From an uncultured Gemmatimonadaceae bacterium (GTDB lineage Bacteria; Gemmatimonadota; Gemmatimonadetes; Gemmatimonadales; Gemmatimonadaceae), in assembly GCA_964350145.1 (NCBI GenBank), contig CAYGJL010000001.1:25209-89208 (forward strand): DNA of 64,000 nucleotides, in the 5' to 3' direction. Shown in pieces: positions 60,637 to 64,000 of this stretch. How positions within the stretch are numbered: the stretch's first letter is position 1; each line of letters starts with the position of its first letter. Below the pieces are notes generated by a model. It searched no databases. It saw only the letters and a program-made list of their open reading frames with translations, and had not been told where the DNA came from. The position numbers and the translations under genes were made by a program.

Positions 60637-61758
60637 GTGAAAGTCGTCGTCATATCGAACTATTCCGAGTCGCTGATCAACATCCGCGGCCCCTTGCTGC
60701 GGGCGATGACGGCTGCAGGGCACGATGTCGTCGCCTGCGCGCCCGGGGAGAACGAGGCCCTGCGCGCCCGACTCCGAGCGCTGGGTGTCCGGTACCAGCC
60801 CGTGCCGCTGCAGCGCACGGGACTTAACCCGCTGATGGACCTGCGGTCGGTGATCACGCTGGCTCGCCTCTTCCGGCGCGAGAAGCCGGATCGCCTTTTC
60901 ACCTATACGATCAAGCCCGTGATGTACGGCTCGCTGGCTGCCAGGCTAGCGGGGATGCAGCGCGAGCAGGTGTTCTCGATGATAACGGGGCTGGGTTTTG
61001 CGTTCACGTCCAATTCGGTCAAGCAGCGGTTATTGAGTTCTCCGGTGCGCGCGATGTACACGGCCGCGCTCGCGCACAATGCCGGCGTATTCTTTCACAA
61101 TCCGGATGACAGGAGGCTGTTCCTGGACCTGGGCATTCTTCGGCCCCCGACCCGGGGACTACTGATGAACGGTTCCGGCATCGATCTCGTCGAGTTCGCC
61201 GAGCTGCCACCGCCGCTCGGACCGCCCGTCTTCCTTCTGATCGCGCGCCTTCTCAAGGGGAAGGGAATCGAGGAATACGTAGAGGCCGCGTCCGCGCTCA
61301 AGGCGCGCTACCCTGCGGTGAGATTCCGGCTGGTTGGTCCTGAGGACACGAACCCGGCCGGCATCGCCGCGGAGAAGCTGCGGCAGTGGGCAGCGCGGGG
61401 GGACATCGAATACGGCGGAGGGGTGCGGGACGTCAGGCCAGAGCTGGCCGGAGCCAGCGTGTTCGTTCTGCCATCCCACCGGGAAGGTACCCCTCGCGCC
61501 GTCTTAGAGGCGATGGCGGTGGGGCGCGCCATCGTCACGACGGACGCGCCAGGCTGCCGCGAAACAGTGCGGGAGGGTGAGAACGGCTTTCTAGTCCCCG
61601 TCGAGGATCCGCTCGCTCTCGCGCGGGCGATGGAGCGCTTCATTCTCGACCCCGATCTTATCATGCCGATGGGACGGGCCAGCCGCGCGATTGCCGTGGA
61701 GAAGTACGATGTCAATAAGGTGAACAGGGGCCTGCTTCGAGAAATGGGACTGAAGTAG
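60637..61758 (+). CDS. GT-B glycosyltransferase, family 4 (PglA/WbuB-like context)
   Basis: KVVVISNYSESLINIRGPLL N-terminus. FVLPSHREGTPRAVLEAMAVGRAIVTTD (EX7E region). Confidence 0.75.
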   Translation: MKVVVISNYSESLINIRGPLLRAMTAAGHDVVACAPGENEALRARLRALGVRYQPVPLQRTGLNPLMDLRSVITLARLFRREKPDRLFTYTIKPVMYGSLAARLAGMQREQVFSMITGLGFAFTSNSVKQRLLSSPVRAMYTAALAHNAGVFFHNPDDRRLFLDLGILRPPTRGLLMNGSGIDLVEFAELPPPLGPPVFLLIARLLKGKGIEEYVEAASALKARYPAVRFRLVGPEDTNPAGIAAEKLRQWAARGDIEYGGGVRDVRPELAGASVFVLPSHREGTPRAVLEAMAVGRAIVTTDAPGCRETVREGENGFLVPVEDPLALARAMERFILDPDLIMPMGRASRAIAVEKYDVNKVNRGLLREMGLK

Positions 61759-61823
61759 GCGCTGCGAGTCGCGAACCTGTTTATACTCAGCGACCACCCC
61801 ACGAGACAGCGTTCTAATCCCGA

Positions 61824-62930
61824 ATGACAGCTCCCTCCTTCCGGTACTATCGCGGCCGCGTCGGCCTCTATGACATCCTGCGTCAGCTGGGTGTCGGCCT
61901 TGGCGACGAGGTGGTGCTTCAGGCTTTTACCTGCGTGGCCGTGCCTGAGGCCATCATGGCGGTGGGCGCGACGCCCGTGTGGGCGGATATCGCTCCGAAT
62001 AGCGTCAACGTGGACCCCGCGAATCTGGCTGCCAGGATCACTCCGCGAACCCGGGCCGTCATCGTACAGCACACGTTTGGCGTTCCGGCCGAGCTCGACT
62101 CGATCCTGCCCCTGGTGCAACGGCATGATCTTCCGCTCGTGGAGGACTGCTGCCATGCCCTGGCTTCCACTTTCAGGCAGCGCATCCTCGGAACCATCGG
62201 CGTCGCGGCTTTCTGGTCCTACGAATGGGGCAAGCCGATTGTAGCTGGAGTCGGTGGCGAAGCGGTGTTCAACGATCTGACCCTGCGAGCCAAGGCGGAG
62301 GCCGTTTTTGGGAAGGATTTCGCGCCGGCACCGACTATGAAATCCGGAGTGATTGCGGCGCAATATCTGATGCACGCACTGCTGTACTCGCCACGTCGCT
62401 TCTGGTGGGTCCGGAGCGCGTTCCACGCGCTCGGGCGCGCTGGAATCGCGCAGTCCAACTACAATCCCGTCGGCCCAGGCGTCGCCAAGGCCGCCGATTT
62501 CGGATGGCGCATGTGCGGCTTTTCCCAAGGCCGTTTGGAACGGGCACGTGCCCGCGCGCACGCATCGTTACCCGCGCGCGTGCGGCAGGCGGAGCGATAT
62601 GCCACCGGGTTGCGACCGACGTCTGCCCAGCGCGTCGAAATTCCCCCTGGCGCCGAAGCCGTCTACTCGCGGTTCCCGATTTTCGTACCCCGCAAGCGGG
62701 AACTACTCGCGAGCGCGCGGTCATCCAATCTCGAGATAGCCGAATGGTATGCGACCCCCGTGCATCCTCTCCTCGGCGATGATCTGCGACATGTGCACTA
62801 TGCCCCTGGAATGTGCCCTCGCGCGGAAGCTGCGGCCGAGTCGTTCGTTTCGTTGCCGTTGGGCGACAAGGTTACGCCGGGCTTCCAGGATGAGCTGATC
62901 GACCTGATCAATCGGCATGCAGCCGGCTGA
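61824..62930 (+). CDS. DegT-family PLP-dependent sugar aminotransferase (fourth in the window)
   Basis: LGDEVVLQAFTCVAVPEAIMAVGATPVWADI, VIVQHTFG, LVEDCCHA, SYEWGKP (putative PLP lysine). Confidence 0.65.
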   Translation: MTAPSFRYYRGRVGLYDILRQLGVGLGDEVVLQAFTCVAVPEAIMAVGATPVWADIAPNSVNVDPANLAARITPRTRAVIVQHTFGVPAELDSILPLVQRHDLPLVEDCCHALASTFRQRILGTIGVAAFWSYEWGKPIVAGVGGEAVFNDLTLRAKAEAVFGKDFAPAPTMKSGVIAAQYLMHALLYSPRRFWWVRSAFHALGRAGIAQSNYNPVGPGVAKAADFGWRMCGFSQGRLERARARAHASLPARVRQAERYATGLRPTSAQRVEIPPGAEAVYSRFPIFVPRKRELLASARSSNLEIAEWYATPVHPLLGDDLRHVHYAPGMCPRAEAAAESFVSLPLGDKVTPGFQDELIDLINRHAAG

Positions 62931-63591
62931 AATTCGGCTGCTGTCCAGCTCGGAATCGCCCGAGCTGTTCACCGAGATCGCGCGCCTGCACGCGGAAGAG
63001 ATAAGCGAAGGTTTTCTGACGTCGTTGGGCGTGCCGCTGCTGAGCAGGCTCTACCGCGCCATCGCGTGCAGCCCACACGCGTTCATCCTCGTCGCCGGCG
63101 GGGACGGACACATCGTCGGATTTCTCTGCGGATCGACCGACACTGGCGAGGTCTACCGCCATGTCCTGACGCGCTCCTGGCCGCACATCCTCCCGAAGCT
63201 CGCTGGTCGCGTCTTCCGCTGGACTACAGTCAAGCGGCTGTGGGAAACCATACGTTATCCTTCGCGTACGCCGTCACCGGATCTGCCTTCGGCAGAGATC
63301 CTGAATTTCTGTGTGACCGGGCGACTTCAGCGCAGCGGCGTTGGGCGTCGCCTTTTCGCGGTCATGGAATCAGAATTCTCCCGGCGGGGAGTCCGGGAGA
63401 TCCGGATCGTTACAGGCGCTCAACAGCTTTCGGCGATTCATTTTTACGAGAAGATCGGGGCTGAGCCCGCAGGCTCCATCGAGGTCCACTCGCAATCCGA
63501 GTCACGTTTGTTTCGATATTCGATCAAGGAAGCGCGACCACCCGAGCCGGGATCAGTTCCGTCGAGACCCAATGACAAAACGCTTTATTGA
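62917..63591 (+). CDS. GNAT-family N-acetyltransferase
   Basis: ILNFCVTGRLQRSGVGRRLF (motif A, QxxGxG), FYEKIG. Confidence 0.65.
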   Translation: MQPAEIRLLSSSESPELFTEIARLHAEEISEGFLTSLGVPLLSRLYRAIACSPHAFILVAGGDGHIVGFLCGSTDTGEVYRHVLTRSWPHILPKLAGRVFRWTTVKRLWETIRYPSRTPSPDLPSAEILNFCVTGRLQRSGVGRRLFAVMESEFSRRGVREIRIVTGAQQLSAIHFYEKIGAEPAGSIEVHSQSESRLFRYSIKEARPPEPGSVPSRPNDKTLY

Positions 63592-64000
63592 TGTGGTGCT
63601 GAGCGCGGTTGCGCTGCTGGTTTTTTCACCCTTGCTGCTCGCGATTGCCGTCTGGGTCAAGCTCGACTCACCCGGACCCGTGTTCTACCGCGGCCAGCGT
63701 GCCGGGAAACACAATCGGCCGTTCGGGATTTACAAGTTCCGTAGCATGGTGATGAACGCGGAGCGCGTGGGCGGGTCGTCCACGGGTGATCACGACCCGC
63801 GCATAACCCGCTCCGGTCGCTTCATTCGCAAATACAAGATCGACGAGCTCTCGCAGCTCATCAACGTGCTGATCGGCGACATGAGTCTGGTCGGTCCGCG
63901 GCCGGAGGTGCTTTCCTACACGTCGAAATATCAGGGCGAGCTGCTGGAAATCCTGGAAGTGCGCCCAGGTATCTCCGATTGGGCGACGATCTGGAACGCC
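63572..64000 (+). CDS. Small PglC/WbaP-C-type phosphoglycosyl transferase (bacterial sugar transferase), 3' end outside window; NOT in the supplied ORF track
   Basis: My own translation from ATG 63572 is open to base 64000: [60 protein letters not shown]...[38 protein letters not shown]. The re-entrant helix, the KFRSM block and the DE...PRP blocks are the PF02397 signature. Confidence 0.85.
   Translation, partial: MTKRFIDVVLSAVALLVFSPLLLAIAVWVKLDSPGPVFYRGQRAGKHNRPFGIYKFRSMVMNAERVGGSSTGDHDPRITRSGRFIRKYKIDELSQLINVLIGDMSLVGPRPEVLSYTSKYQGELLEILEVRPGISDWATIWNA

Noticed and set aside
1-64000. Search for mobile-element boundaries, tRNA/rRNA genes, CRISPR arrays, toxin-antitoxin or defence genes
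   Set aside because: I recognised no transposase, integrase or recombinase motifs, no tRNA-like cloverleaf regions in the few intergenic gaps, no spaced direct-repeat arrays, and no nuclease/ATPase defence-type ORFs. The lower-GC patch around the Wzy and methyltransferase genes (about 52.9-54.7 kb) is usual for polymerase genes. On its own it is not evidence of a separate island.

Overview
GC-rich bacterial DNA (by eye about two-thirds G+C, not computed; lineage not determinable from this window). The whole 64 kb is one co-directional (+ strand) surface-glycan biosynthesis locus of the O-antigen/EPS/capsule type. It holds about 62 tightly packed genes, and many junctions are ATGA/GTGA/TTGA start-stop overlaps. 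The locus is open at both ends. A Wzz/PCP gene is truncated at base 1. A PglC-type phosphoglycosyl transferase that is missing from the ORF track runs off base 64000. Modules in order: (1) Wzz and a UDP-GlcA 4-epimerase-like SDR. (2) A first NeuB/NeuA (nonulosonic acid) pair with a GT2 fusion protein, a Gfo/Idh/MocA oxidoreductase and an Ldh_2-family dehydrogenase. (3) An MsbA/PglK-like ABC exporter. (4) A sugar-tailoring block: SDRs, SIS isomerase, two tandem DegT aminotransferases, a split transketolase, HAD, an APH-type kinase, a methyltransferase, a Zn-ADH, an orphan protein, and a nucleotidyltransferase::PfkB kinase with domain order swapped relative to HldE. (5) Two C-methyltransferase-family genes, a WbuC cupin and an RmlD-like reductase. 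(6) ThDP-dependent E1 alpha/beta plus a free-standing 78-aa lipoyl domain, with no E2/E3. (7) A complete GDP-type legionaminic acid set (legB-legC-legH-legI-legG-ptmE-oxidoreductase-legF-SDR). (8) Glycosyltransferases and two more orphan proteins. (9) An ACP / PhyH::methyltransferase / FkbH / GNAT-like / MaoC::SDR / deacetylase block. (10) HisH/HisF plus two WbpG-type amidotransferases. (11) A methyltransferase, an EpsG-type Wzy polymerase, GT4, a deacetylase, GNAT, FabG and AsnB. (12) An initiation module of GT4, DegT, GNAT and PGT. I saw no rRNA, tRNA, CRISPR, IS/transposase, integrase or phage genes. The long minus-strand ORFs, and several same-strand out-of-frame ORFs, look like high-GC shadow ORFs. 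The most unusual parts are the carrier-protein modules embedded in the glycan operon (ACP/FkbH and E1/lipoyl), the split transketolase, the second nonulosonate set, and three orphan proteins that are candidate nonulosonate transferases. Every functional call rests on motif and family recognition by eye. No homology search, HMM or structure prediction was run, and start codons are approximate.
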